The notes under the pieces: model-generated
Told to the model about the DNA's origin: nothing
Database searches by the model: none
What the model saw: the letters and a program-made list of their open reading frames with translations, nothing else
Translations under genes and position numbers: made by a program
In this document: in pieces, positions 10,049-20,657 of the stretch
Position numbering within the stretch: position 1 is the first letter of the stretch
Layout: each line of letters begins with the position of its first letter
Virus record (IMG/VR): IMGVR_UViG_3300009136_000006
Span: 1-60,025 of that record
From: a virus
Lineage: Duplodnaviria > Caudoviricetes
Length of the DNA stretch: 60,025 nucleotides
Strand: one strand, 5' to 3'

Positions 10049-12955
10049 ATGGGTACGTTTGATTCATTTGCCGACAGTCCATTTCAAATTCGGACCGAAG
10101 GTCAAGAAATAACAATTATTTTTGCGAGAACCGGAGAAACAACCGGACGTATCTCGTGGAATATTCCTCCTCCAGCATTAGGTTGTAATGCTGATCAACA
10201 AGCCTATAATGGTATTGTTGTCACTATAGACAGTACTGGTACTGCGGTATCAAAGCAGCCTGTAGATAAAACAGTCTATACCGCAGATCCTACAGGGAAT
10301 GAAGATTTACATGCTGGTGACAAAATCGGAACATCATTAGTTGTTGGTGCATTCTATGAAGACAAAGTAACAACATTTCTTGACATAACAGGATTAACAT
10401 CTGATCAAGTTGTATATGCTTCGGGTTTTGCTGTTGATGCACAGAACAGATATCACACTGCAGGTGTCCACTCTTATTCTCTTGATTACGAAGGTGGTAA
10501 TGAAAAAGATCCAATAGCAAGTGCACAGTACGTTGTACTTGGAGTCGATGGAACAGATCCAACATTGTTAACTGGTGAAACTGAATACAACTTTACACTC
10601 AACGTTGATGGAACAGAACACGACCTTACGGTGAACGGAACAGATTCTTCAACATATGATCAACTTGTTGCTGCGATTAATAAAGAAATAGCATTAACCG
10701 AAAATCCTATTGAAGATGTTAATCCACCAAACGCTGGTGAGTATTATTGGAATTCTACAACAGAAAGATTGTTTTTGTGGGATGGATACGAAAATGTTGA
10801 ACAAACTGTCATTGCAGAAGACACTGCTCCAAATACACCAGCGACTGGAGATTATTGGTACAACCCAACTACAGAAATATTGTATCAGTGGAATGGTGCT
10901 TCTTGGGATGTTCAAGTATACATAAATTATTATAAAGATCCTACAGCACTGAATGGAAGTGATTATTGGTTTGATGGAACGAATGCATATGTGTGGGATG
11001 GAAACACATGGTGCCAAAATCCATTAAGTAACCAAACAGTAGATCCATCGTTGCCTGTATTGCCTGAATTTGGTACTTATTGGTATGATACTGTAAACCT
11101 TTTTCTTAATAAATGGAACGATCAAACCGTTTCGTGGGATGCTGTCGATGCTATATATTGGGGTGTTGATCCTAATGCGTTGGCCGTTAATACATATTGG
11201 TATGATGAAACAAACGCTGTTGTAAATCAGTGGGATGGTTCAGCTTGGAATTTAATTGCTGCTACAATAAGCAGTACCGAACCACCATTTCCTCCTCCAA
11301 ATTCTTATTGGTATAATCCTGACACTGAAGAATTGAAACAACGCAATCCAGCAAATACTGCTTGGGTCGATTTAACAATTCTTGTTTTTGCAGATGATCC
11401 AACTGATCGTACTTCATGTGGTTTGTGGTGGAACTCTGCTACTGATCTTCTTTACGTTTGGGACATCGTTACAGCAAGTTGGGATCAAGTAACTAACTTT
11501 TTGCAACAAGCAACTGATCCTGCTGCCGCTCCGACATTGCCAGTTGATCATATGTGGTACGAACCTACAACAATGATCTTGTATCGTTGGGATGGTTCAA
11601 TGTGGGTGACTGTAAATTACATTGACTACCCAACTGATCCAACACTTGCTCCAATTGATACTGTATGGTTTGATTCAACAAATTCATTGTGGTATGAAAG
11701 AAGTGGCTCTCCATTATCTTGGATGTTGTTTGATCCTATCGACGCAACTTCGGATCCTTCTATTCCAACAACTGGAACGTTCTGGTTCGATACTACAAAT
11801 ACAATATTGTATCAGTGGACAGGATCGCCTGGTGCTTGGGTTTCAATTCCATTCTCTACTATTCCTTTAACACCAGTTAATGGAACACTATGGTTTAATT
11901 TAAATGATGATGTTATGTATGAATGGAGTAGTACAGCGTGGATTGTCGCGACCTTAATTGCAACAGCAGAAATGTCTGGTGGCGATATAAAATTTACCAG
12001 TGCAACAAAATCGAGTCAGTCTCTTATCATTATAACTGATGGTGACTTATTCTCATCATTGACTCCAGCAGGACAACTTAGTAATATAATAATAGGTGCT
12101 GATGGAATTGATCCAGAACCGATGTATGCTCAACTTGGTGTTGGGACAGATGGGACTGTAGACGAAAGACGCGAATTGATGGATAGCATTCGAGCGCAAC
12201 TTGGTTACCCTGTTGTCGATGTAGAGTTGACAAAATACCAAATGGATACAGCGATAACAGCAGCGTTAGAATCTCTTCGTAAGAGAAGTTCTGCTGCATA
12301 CAACCGCACATTTTTCTTTGTAGATATTCCGGTCGGCGAACAAGCAATTTTCTTAACAGATAAAACTGTAGGTTTTAATAAAGTTGTAAACGTGCTTGGT
12401 GCTTACCGTGTAACATCAGCATTCCTTTCTACAGCTTTTGGTTCAGGTGTTTATGGACAAATCGCTTTGCAACATTTATATACAATGGGAACATTTGACT
12501 TATTGAGTTATCATCTTGTTGCTTCATATATTGAGGAATTAGAAGTAATGTTTGCAACACGATTAGTATACAATTGGAATGAGCAGACAAGATTGTTAGC
12601 ATTCCACCAAACATTTGGTGCGACTGGAACGATAAATGGATTGCCTGGTGGAGTTCAAGCAGAAAGAATTTTACTTGATGCTTCCATTGAAAGAACTGAA
12701 CAAGAATTATTAGCTGATCGTTGGACAAAGTCTTGGATTGAAAAATATGCATCAGCACAAGCTCGATTAATGCTTGCAGAGATCAGAGGAAAATATGCTT
12801 CATTGCCAGGTGCTGGTGGTGGTGTGTCACTTAATGCTGGTGAACTTATCAGCCGTGCCGATATTGATATGGCCGATTGTTATCAGCAACTTGAAGACTA
12901 CGTTGTTAATCCGGTTGAAGAATATGGAATCGGCGTTCAGTTTACAATAGGATAA
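10049..12955 (+). CDS. neck protein gp13-like with large Trp-rich repeat region
   Basis: C-terminal LGYPVVDVELT...Q and LPGAGGGVSLN motifs of gp13; central W-Y/F-x...L-Y-x-W-D/N-G-x-x-W repeats. Confidence 0.8.
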   Translation: MGTFDSFADSPFQIRTEGQEITIIFARTGETTGRISWNIPPPALGCNADQQAYNGIVVTIDSTGTAVSKQPVDKTVYTADPTGNEDLHAGDKIGTSLVVGAFYEDKVTTFLDITGLTSDQVVYASGFAVDAQNRYHTAGVHSYSLDYEGGNEKDPIASAQYVVLGVDGTDPTLLTGETEYNFTLNVDGTEHDLTVNGTDSSTYDQLVAAINKEIALTENPIEDVNPPNAGEYYWNSTTERLFLWDGYENVEQTVIAEDTAPNTPATGDYWYNPTTEILYQWNGASWDVQVYINYYKDPTALNGSDYWFDGTNAYVWDGNTWCQNPLSNQTVDPSLPVLPEFGTYWYDTVNLFLNKWNDQTVSWDAVDAIYWGVDPNALAVNTYWYDETNAVVNQWDGSAWNLIAATISSTEPPFPPPNSYWYNPDTEELKQRNPANTAWVDLTILVFADDPTDRTSCGLWWNSATDLLYVWDIVTASWDQVTNFLQQATDPAAAPTLPVDHMWYEPTTMILYRWDGSMWVTVNYIDYPTDPTLAPIDTVWFDSTNSLWYERSGSPLSWMLFDPIDATSDPSIPTTGTFWFDTTNTILYQWTGSPGAWVSIPFSTIPLTPVNGTLWFNLNDDVMYEWSSTAWIVATLIATAEMSGGDIKFTSATKSSQSLIIITDGDLFSSLTPAGQLSNIIIGADGIDPEPMYAQLGVGTDGTVDERRELMDSIRAQLGYPVVDVELTKYQMDTAITAALESLRKRSSAAYNRTFFFVDIPVGEQAIFLTDKTVGFNKVVNVLGAYRVTSAFLSTAFGSGVYGQIALQHLYTMGTFDLLSYHLVASYIEELEVMFATRLVYNWNEQTRLLAFHQTFGATGTINGLPGGVQAERILLDASIERTEQELLADRWTKSWIEKYASAQARLMLAEIRGKYASLPGAGGGVSLNAGELISRADIDMADCYQQLEDYVVNPVEEYGIGVQFTIG

Positions 12956-12958
12956 AAA

Positions 12959-13288
12959 ATGAAACTACAAGAATTATGCGAAGGTGCAACATACATGAAA
13001 GAAATGTCTGATGACCAACGAGCTAAATATGACGAGTTGATTGATGAGTACAAAGAAATGTCAATGAAAGAAAGACGGGAAACATATAAGCCGTTTGGTA
13101 AGCTTGGAAAATTAACAAAACCAGAACAGGTACTTCGCCACAAAGTATTCGGTACAAATAGACACGATATGTCGTTTGATGCTGAATTCGCTGCAGGACG
13201 GAGAGGTAGTTTGGTCACAGAATACAAATGTATAGAGTGTGGCAAAGTTATTCGTCAAAACCAAAAAGGGAACAGAGTAAATTATTAA
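12959..13288 (+). CDS. hypothetical protein with His/CxxC zinc-binding motif
   Basis: 109 aa, H..H..CIEC; leader MKLQELCE. Confidence 0.6.
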   Translation: MKLQELCEGATYMKEMSDDQRAKYDELIDEYKEMSMKERRETYKPFGKLGKLTKPEQVLRHKVFGTNRHDMSFDAEFAAGRRGSLVTEYKCIECGKVIRQNQKGNRVNY

Positions 13289-13305
13289 AATAATAGGTAA
13301 TTAAA

Positions 13306-13584
13306 ATGAAATTAAAAAGAAAATTCAACGAAGAACTTAGCAAAATTACAGAAGCTGAAGATGTTCGTAAACGCCAGCAAAGAATTATAGCAAAGGCGGC
13401 AGATAGAATTGCTACAGATATTGAACAAGTTGCTGAAGAATTAACTGATCCTGGTGCTCAAAACCCAGACAAGAGACACGTTTTAGAAAACATACATTAT
13501 GTGCTGGAAGATATATTTGATCAACTTGAAGTTAATGGCTGGGACGTTGACGGAATGTTAAAAGACGATTACGTTGCTGACTAA
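13306..13584 (+). CDS. hypothetical helical protein
   Basis: 92 aa ORF with AGGT RBS; leader ending KITE. Confidence 0.6.
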   Translation: MKLKRKFNEELSKITEAEDVRKRQQRIIAKAADRIATDIEQVAEELTDPGAQNPDKRHVLENIHYVLEDIFDQLEVNGWDVDGMLKDDYVAD

Positions 13585-13594
13585 AGGAATTTAA

Positions 13595-15166
13595 ATGGCT
13601 TCATGTAAGGAAAATCCTGATGGTACTAAATGTCCTGATACTGGTGACTCAACATCCGACTGCGCTCCATGGCAGTTAACGAAAAGTAATGACAATTGCT
13701 TTATCGATGAAGTAGTTGACGAAAACCTTAATATTGGCGGCGCTGATATTAATGTATTCAAGCTTCTTGGTGTTCACGAACAAGGACAATTAATAGACCT
13801 AACAGAAAACGGTAGTGCGATCTCTAATGGAGATTGGACAGGGTTTCCTGCGTCTAATGCGTTTGATATCTTCGTATCTGAATGGAGATCGTCACAACAA
13901 GGAACTAATGTCCCTGCGACTGCATTCATCGGTTATGATTTCGGTGAAATTAAATTAGACAACAACAGACTTCGTTATGGAATAGACACATCAGTAAGAC
14001 ATAACATTGCAAAAATTAATATCAAACAAGGAGCAGTAGCAAAGAATAGAGCGACTCGTGTTCGCATGGAACGATCATCTGATAGCGTTACTTGGTACGG
14101 TGTAGGAATTTTTACTCTTCCAGATGACGATGAACTTAATACAGTTGAGTTTAATCATACAGTACCATCACGTTACTGGAGAATGCGACCAATTGATTTT
14201 AATGGTGGTGTAAACGATCAATGGATTGTTCAGGCGTTTGAGATGATGGATTACGACAGAACCTCAATCGATGATATTCAGGATGACATTTGGCTCGAAA
14301 ATAGAGATCGAGATTATGCATCCGAAAGTGTATTGATTAAAGGTTCATATGATTTGCTTGATCACCAAACAGAACTTTCTCGTTTTGGTATTGAGCTTCC
14401 GAGTCAACAATTTTATATTGTCGTAAGTTTTTCATCATCAGTAGCACAACTTGGACGTCCTCTTGTTATTGGTGATATACTTGAAATGCCAAGTGAATTA
14501 CAATATGATCCATTGCTGCAGCCAGTCAAAAAATATCTTGAAGTTACAGACGTTGCTTGGAGTACTGAAGGTTACACACCTGGATGGGTTCCAGTGTTGC
14601 AAAGAATTATTGCATCACCAATGCTTGCATCTCAAGAAACTCAAGACATCTTTGGAGGACTTGCTCCAAACATTGACGATATGGGATTGTCGGATACAGA
14701 CGATGGACAAAATCCAATCTTCCAAGATATTTCGAATGTTAGTCAATCAATCGAAGCGGAAGCTTTTGATGACACTCCTGAACGGGGTGGTGACGTAAAT
14801 GACATACATCAATTTTCACAAGAAGAAATTGACTCGGCTGCAGATCAGGGCGTTTCTAATATAAACAAACTTGGTGTCAACCCAACAGGGTTATATGTTG
14901 AAGATGCTATGCCTCCAAATGGATATGAATATTCACAAGGAGATACATTACCAGCAGAACCTACTGATGGTGATTACCATAGATTAACATACACAGGAAT
15001 ATCTCAGGACATTCCTGCAAGATTGTTTAGATGGTCGGTATCTAAAGGAAGATGGATATATATGGAAACAGACAAAAGAGCTCAGTACAATAATACAAAA
15101 CCGATATTACAGGAATTTTTGTCTAGTACGACAGCACAACCACCTGGCGAAGTTGAAAACGATTAA
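13595..15166 (+). CDS. neck/head-closure protein gp14-like with inserted discoidin-like domain
   Basis: LENRDRDY, LSRFGI, LGRPLVIGDILEMP motifs; ASNAFD...RYWRMRP segment resembles F5/8-type C domain; located between gp13 and gp15. Confidence 0.7.
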   Translation: MASCKENPDGTKCPDTGDSTSDCAPWQLTKSNDNCFIDEVVDENLNIGGADINVFKLLGVHEQGQLIDLTENGSAISNGDWTGFPASNAFDIFVSEWRSSQQGTNVPATAFIGYDFGEIKLDNNRLRYGIDTSVRHNIAKINIKQGAVAKNRATRVRMERSSDSVTWYGVGIFTLPDDDELNTVEFNHTVPSRYWRMRPIDFNGGVNDQWIVQAFEMMDYDRTSIDDIQDDIWLENRDRDYASESVLIKGSYDLLDHQTELSRFGIELPSQQFYIVVSFSSSVAQLGRPLVIGDILEMPSELQYDPLLQPVKKYLEVTDVAWSTEGYTPGWVPVLQRIIASPMLASQETQDIFGGLAPNIDDMGLSDTDDGQNPIFQDISNVSQSIEAEAFDDTPERGGDVNDIHQFSQEEIDSAADQGVSNINKLGVNPTGLYVEDAMPPNGYEYSQGDTLPAEPTDGDYHRLTYTGISQDIPARLFRWSVSKGRWIYMETDKRAQYNNTKPILQEFLSSTTAQPPGEVEND

Positions 15167-15178
15167 GAGAAAAACATT

Positions 15179-15943
15179 ATGACAATGAGTACATATTATT
15201 ACGATAAGCAAATAAAAAAGTACATGACTCAATTCATGGCGATATTTGCTGGTATGGAAGTTAGTATTGGGAAGAATGAAGATTCAGACGAAGAGCAATT
15301 AATATCCGTTCCAATTCAGTACGGTAACAAAGATCGAGTTGTTGCTTGGATTTTCGGCGACCAAACACAAAACAAACCTCTTCGCCTTCCTATGATGAGT
15401 GCCTACATTAACGGAATCAATATGTCACCTGAATCACGCAAAGGTGTTGGACAAACTAAGAGACAGACATATCTTCCCCGTCAAGGCGTCTTTCCTGATG
15501 ATATTACCACAGTTCATCAGTATATGCCAATACCGTACAAGATATCTGCTGAGCTTTCAATATACGCAAGTAATTCGGAACAACACTTTCAAATACTTGA
15601 ACAAATTCTAATGTTGTTCGATCCAATTGTACAAATACAAATATCCGATGGTGTATTTGATTGGACAAAATTAACAACGGTTGAACTAGATAATATTAAT
15701 TTTGATCAAAATTATCCTGCAGGACAAGAGAGACGAATGATCATTTCTACGCTATCGTTTATATTCCCTGTATACATTTCAGCACCTGCTAATTTGCGTA
15801 ATGATTGGATCAAAGACATATATGTTCGAATAGGAGCAGTATCGACAAGTGCGGAGACAAATCAAGAAATGATTGACGATTTAGATGCTCAAGGACTAGA
15901 ATACGAAAAATGGTTCACGTTAGATGACATTAATTTGCCATAA
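15179..15943 (+). CDS. tail terminator / sheath stabilizer (T4 gp15-like)
   Basis: YYYDKQIKKY..QF, VPIQYG, LPMMS, PIPY, QILEQIL..F.P motifs. Confidence 0.88.
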   Translation: MTMSTYYYDKQIKKYMTQFMAIFAGMEVSIGKNEDSDEEQLISVPIQYGNKDRVVAWIFGDQTQNKPLRLPMMSAYINGINMSPESRKGVGQTKRQTYLPRQGVFPDDITTVHQYMPIPYKISAELSIYASNSEQHFQILEQILMLFDPIVQIQISDGVFDWTKLTTVELDNINFDQNYPAGQERRMIISTLSFIFPVYISAPANLRNDWIKDIYVRIGAVSTSAETNQEMIDDLDAQGLEYEKWFTLDDINLP

Positions 15944-16023
15944 AAATGGGGTTGGGTTATAAATACATTCAGACTTAAAAAGTTAAACAGGAAACAAACA
16001 AAAATGGTTAAGGAGATATAATA

Positions 16024-18543
16024 ATGGCTACATTAGTAAGTCCAGGCGTAAGTGTAACGGTAACGGATGAAAGTTTTTTCATTCCAGCAGCCGCATCCAC
16101 TGTACCGTTAATTTTTATTGCTACTGCTGCTGAAAAGGTTCAATCTGATGGACTTTCACCGGCGGCTGGTACTTATGAGAACGATGTTGTTCGAACTGTA
16201 ACATCTCTGACACAAAGTCTCGAGTTGTATGGAGTTCCATTATTTCTCGAAGATGCAAGTGGTCAGCAACTTCATGGTGATTCTCGTAACGAATATGGTC
16301 TTTTTGGACTAAACCAATTCTTAGGAATAGGTAACAGAGCTTTCGTAGTTCGCGCAAACGTTAACACAAACGACGATATTGACGCCGTTCGTGATTCTTG
16401 GGACTCCAAGATGACAACTAGCGGAATTACACTTGAAATTCTCGCACAAAACTTTATAAACGAATACAACGATGCAAACGGATTGATTCCAGCAGATTCT
16501 GGATATAAGACAACTATCACAACCAGTGAATTTATTTCATTATCCGAATCAGCAACTTCTGATATTTGGGATCTTAGTACTTTTAGTCCTCTCAGAGAGG
16601 ACTTCTTTGATGATGCCGGTGATCCTTCTTCAGCAACAGCTGGTGAGCAAACAGTTAACATGTCACTTAGTGACCAAGATGAAGTTGCACAAGTAACTCA
16701 GGTTGTTACAAATGGTGACAACAACGCAAATCGTCATGAAGGTAATTACTTTACTCTTCATTCAACAACTACTGATTACTACGTTTGGTATAATCTTAAT
16801 GGTGGTTCACCAGCAACAGTTGATCCTGGCCTTGCTGGATACACTGGCATTCCAGTAACATATGATTTAGATGATTCAGCAACAGTAATTGCTAATAAAA
16901 CTAGAGCAGCAATTAACGCTCTTGGTGGTTCACCATCAGCAGTATTCACAGCGACAAATATTACAAACACTGTAACAATTACTAATGACGTAGCTGGTGA
17001 TGCTACGAATGCAGTTGACGGTGGAGCTTCTCCATCCGAAGCAACTGGTTTCGTAATTACTACAAACACTGAAGGTGTTGACGCAGCAATTTACTCTGCT
17101 GTCGCATCTGGACTTGCGAATGATGCAACAGCATACACAGCAACAATTCTTGTTGATGGTACTGCTAACGTTGTAAGTATCGTAGGTAGCACAGCACAAA
17201 CATACGCTGACGTAATTACACAACTTGATATCAATCTTACTGGCGCAACATCTGCATTAGTATCACAAGGCGGTTCACCTGCGTTGTACGATATCGTTAT
17301 CACAAGCAGCACAACTGGTGCGACTTCTACAATCAGTATTACAGACGGAGCAACGATTCCATTGTTCGCAACATTAACTGATTTTGATAGTTTTGCAGAT
17401 CCTGTTGATGGCGTTTCTCCTGACTCAGCATTACTTGTTTATGCTAACGGATATTCACAACCATCTACTGGAACATATTCTGGTCTTGAAGGAATTGCAA
17501 ATAACTGGACAAGTGGTGGAACAGTATCTGATGAGTGGACACCTGCAGAAGCAGAAGCAACTCTTAATGGCGCGGCTGATGATTTCAAATTTACAGTAGA
17601 ATTTAAGAACGGAACAAGTCTTGGTGCAAACGACTCAGCACGTAGAGCAACTATCGTAACAGCTCTTCAAGCAACAGTCAACAGCAACACAGAAGTTCGT
17701 TCTGAAAACTTTGAATACAACTTGATCCTTTGCCCTGGTTATCACGAATTGGCTGACGAAATGTTAGCTCTTTCAGCGTTCATCAGTAACGAAGCCCTTG
17801 TTATTGGTGAAACACCAATGAACATGGATCCACAAGAAGTGGTTGCATGGGCAGGAACAACTGGACGTCAAAGTTCAACAGATATTGCTTACTACTACCC
17901 ACATTGTGAAGCTTCAAACCTTGACGGAGTAAACGTCTTTGTTGGAGCAAGTGGTACAGCTCTTCGCACATACGCATACAGTGATGAAGTTAGCCAATTG
18001 TGGTTCGCTCCTGCTGGAACACGTCGCGGATTGATTACAGGTGTAACTGAAATTGGTTACGTAACTGGTGATCTTGGATCTGCAACAACAATCGTTCCAT
18101 TGCACGCAAACCTTGGACAACGTGATGACATGTACAAATACTTCACTAACCTCAACCCACTTGTATTCTTCCCAGGAAGAGGATTGTTGGTTTGGGGACA
18201 GAAGACTTCTGCACCAGCAGCAAGTGCTCTTGACCGTGTAAGCGTTTCACGTCTTATTATGTACATCAGACGTCAATTGCGTAAGAATACTTTGGCATTT
18301 GTATTCGAACCAAATGATCAGCTTACAAGAGATAATCTTAAATCAGCTGTTGATGGATTCTTAGGTGACATCGTTATTAAACGAGGACTTTATGACTTTG
18401 CAACAGTTTGTGACGAAAGTAACAACACACCTGATCGTATTGATCGAAACGAAATGTATATTGATGTAGCTCTCAAGCCTGTCAAGGCAGCGGAATTCAT
18501 CTACATACCGATCCGCGTGGTTGCAACAGGTGCAGAGATTTAA
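16024..18543 (+). CDS. contractile tail sheath protein (T4 gp18-like) with insertion domains
   Basis: LVSPGVSVTVTDES start; WFAPAGTRRG, VWGQKT, FEPND, CDESNNTP, KAAEFIYI; TATAAATA at 15958-15965. Confidence 0.96.
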   Translation: MATLVSPGVSVTVTDESFFIPAAASTVPLIFIATAAEKVQSDGLSPAAGTYENDVVRTVTSLTQSLELYGVPLFLEDASGQQLHGDSRNEYGLFGLNQFLGIGNRAFVVRANVNTNDDIDAVRDSWDSKMTTSGITLEILAQNFINEYNDANGLIPADSGYKTTITTSEFISLSESATSDIWDLSTFSPLREDFFDDAGDPSSATAGEQTVNMSLSDQDEVAQVTQVVTNGDNNANRHEGNYFTLHSTTTDYYVWYNLNGGSPATVDPGLAGYTGIPVTYDLDDSATVIANKTRAAINALGGSPSAVFTATNITNTVTITNDVAGDATNAVDGGASPSEATGFVITTNTEGVDAAIYSAVASGLANDATAYTATILVDGTANVVSIVGSTAQTYADVITQLDINLTGATSALVSQGGSPALYDIVITSSTTGATSTISITDGATIPLFATLTDFDSFADPVDGVSPDSALLVYANGYSQPSTGTYSGLEGIANNWTSGGTVSDEWTPAEAEATLNGAADDFKFTVEFKNGTSLGANDSARRATIVTALQATVNSNTEVRSENFEYNLILCPGYHELADEMLALSAFISNEALVIGETPMNMDPQEVVAWAGTTGRQSSTDIAYYYPHCEASNLDGVNVFVGASGTALRTYAYSDEVSQLWFAPAGTRRGLITGVTEIGYVTGDLGSATTIVPLHANLGQRDDMYKYFTNLNPLVFFPGRGLLVWGQKTSAPAASALDRVSVSRLIMYIRRQLRKNTLAFVFEPNDQLTRDNLKSAVDGFLGDIVIKRGLYDFATVCDESNNTPDRIDRNEMYIDVALKPVKAAEFIYIPIRVVATGAEI

Positions 18544-18599
18544 TAGAATTCCATACATTTGGATATAAATAGTTAAAACAGGAAAAGGGAAATATAGAC

Positions 18600-19193
18600 A
18601 TGGCGACAATTAATGACATTGGAATCCCAGGCGTTGGTTCAGGTATTCTTCAACCAAAGCTAAAGAATAAATGGCGAGTAACATTTGCGAACTTAGGTGG
18701 TGGTGTAGATTCACAACCGCTTTCAATGCAAGCAATTACAATGACCCGTCCAACGCTTAACTTTGAAGAAATTCAACTTGATCGTTATAATTCAAGAGCA
18801 TGGGTAGCAGGTAAGCATACATTCGAACCTGTCACACTAACAATTGAAGATGACATTACAGGTACGGCTTCTCAGGTAGTTAACGAACAACTTCAAGCAC
18901 AACAGTGGTTGATCGGAGCAGAAGGACAATGGTTAGCATCAGCAGGTGAAGGTGCAGCATACAAATTTGTATCTTATCTTGATCTTCTTGATGGTAATGA
19001 CCAACCAGTTGAAAAGTGGACACTTGAAGGTTGCTGGTTACAGAACGTCGATTATACTGATTTGGATTACTCAGCAAGTGAAGCAGTTCAAATCACTATG
19101 GCAATTCGTTATGACCACGCCCGTCAGGATATCGGTGGATATTCTAGAGGAGAGGGTGTAGCTACTGGTGGTGCTGGTACAACTCAGAGCTAA
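18600..19193 (+). CDS. tail tube protein (T4 gp19-like)
   Basis: QPKLKNKWRVTF, AGKHTFEP, EKWTLEGCW, LDYS..EAVQI...IRYD; follows sheath; TATAAATA at 18564-18571. Confidence 0.9.
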   Translation: MATINDIGIPGVGSGILQPKLKNKWRVTFANLGGGVDSQPLSMQAITMTRPTLNFEEIQLDRYNSRAWVAGKHTFEPVTLTIEDDITGTASQVVNEQLQAQQWLIGAEGQWLASAGEGAAYKFVSYLDLLDGNDQPVEKWTLEGCWLQNVDYTDLDYSASEAVQITMAIRYDHARQDIGGYSRGEGVATGGAGTTQS

Positions 19194-19196
19194 ATA

Positions 19197-19285
19197 ACAG
19201 GGAGTACACGGAAGTAACGCCAGATAAGGACATATGGCGACATGGACGTAAAATTTAAAAAGAGGAATTTTTATTCCTCTTTTTT
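19197..19285 (+). ncRNA. candidate CsrA/RsmA-binding small RNA or 3' UTR element
   Basis: four tandem GGA hairpin motifs (ACAGGGAGT, ACACGGAAGT, ATAAGGACAT inside a CGCCA/TGGCG stem, ACATGGACGT) followed by a terminator. Confidence 0.6.
19257..19285 (+). terminator. Rho-independent terminator
   Basis: AAAAAGAGGAAT-TTTT-ATTCCTCTTTTTT. Confidence 0.85.
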
Positions 19286-19352
19286 ATTGCGTGTGTGTTT
19301 TTTAAGTTTACTACTCATAAATACACTGAAACGACAATAGGAGTTTATAACA

Positions 19353-20651
19353 GTGGCATTAGATCCCAGAAGATTTTTAGTAGCGAATTGTTCTAAAGAC
19401 AGAGCTTCACATATTAAGAAAACAACAGAAGCGAACATTTTCAATGACACAGCAAGACTTGTTGGTGGACTTGAAGGATTGGGTGATGTAAGTGAAGGAC
19501 TTCGTGCGTTGACAGGAGTATCTGATGTCATCGGTCTCGGCGGCGCAAGTCCGTTACCCGAAGGAAGTTCAACAGAACTCGGTGGTGATTTTGTTTTAAC
19601 TGAAGTTGCAATAAATCCTCGTGCCATTAGACAAAATGCTTCATTAAGTCCGGATGTTGTCAACAGAGGTGTTGGCGCAGCGGAACAGGTTTGGGAACAG
19701 GTTGAAGCTGGTAATTACAATGACATTACTGATCTTCCACAAGCAGCCGCAGATTTATTAAACTTAAAGACGTTTGCTGATAAAATCTTCACACCAACGT
19801 CAGGCGTATCACAACCAGATAGCATTTATTGTCAAGCATCTCCGTATGCGATGGATTTGATAGCTCGTCCTCCTAAAAATAAATTTATGTTCATTGTGCA
19901 GTTCAACTTCAGCCCTGCATATGAACAGTTAGGCGAAAGACTTAAAACGTTTACTTTTGTGGTAAAACAAAGCGATCGTCCGACCGTTGCATTTGATTAT
20001 GAAGAAGTTAATCTGTATAACTTCAAAACAAAAGCAATCAAGAGATCTACGTATAATCCAATAAATATGAGATTCTATGATGATCAATCGAATGAAGTAA
20101 TGCAATTCTATAACTCTTATCTTCGTGCAATGGTTCCAGTATCTAATATGTCACGTGATCAACAAACATTACTTGAGACTTCAGGATTGGCTTTTGAACA
20201 ACTAAATCAAGGAGCAGCACTTGGTGTTCCTACTCATCCATATTCAGCATCTGTAGGTCCACTCTTAGACAACGAGAAAACTGTACTTAAAGAAGTAACA
20301 CTGTATCATGTATTTGGTAATGGACACCTGTTAAACGTATACAGATTCCTCTCACCCAAGATTATGGAGCTGCAACTCGATGAGTTAAATATGGCTGATT
20401 CTGGTGAAGGAAACGAAATAGCATTACAGTTATCATATGATGCATTATACATTGAAGCTAATCAATCTACAAACGTTGGACTTAATCCAGAAACAAACAT
20501 CGAACATCTTACTCGTGGCGGTAATTATCCGTTACATTACATCAATCCTAAGAATGAGAAACCGCCTAGTGACTCTATTCCGTTTGGTAATGATGCGACT
20601 GAAAGTACTAACACAGAACTTCTGTCTCAACGAGATTTCTTTGATTTTTAA
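19353..20651 (+). CDS. tail tube-like / baseplate tube initiator paralog
   Basis: C-terminal PKNKFMFIVQF, DRPTVAFDYEEVNLYN, YNPINMRFYDD, LSYD resemble the tube fold; GTG start with AGGAG RBS and late promoter 19316-19323. Confidence 0.65.
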   Translation: MALDPRRFLVANCSKDRASHIKKTTEANIFNDTARLVGGLEGLGDVSEGLRALTGVSDVIGLGGASPLPEGSSTELGGDFVLTEVAINPRAIRQNASLSPDVVNRGVGAAEQVWEQVEAGNYNDITDLPQAAADLLNLKTFADKIFTPTSGVSQPDSIYCQASPYAMDLIARPPKNKFMFIVQFNFSPAYEQLGERLKTFTFVVKQSDRPTVAFDYEEVNLYNFKTKAIKRSTYNPINMRFYDDQSNEVMQFYNSYLRAMVPVSNMSRDQQTLLETSGLAFEQLNQGAALGVPTHPYSASVGPLLDNEKTVLKEVTLYHVFGNGHLLNVYRFLSPKIMELQLDELNMADSGEGNEIALQLSYDALYIEANQSTNVGLNPETNIEHLTRGGNYPLHYINPKNEKPPSDSIPFGNDATESTNTELLSQRDFFDF

Positions 20652-20657
20652 TAAGCT

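Noticed and set aside
10700-11950. Repeats in the neck gene as a CRISPR array or DGR target
   Set aside because: Repeats are degenerate and protein-level; no identical DNA repeats with spacers and no cas or reverse transcriptase gene in the window.
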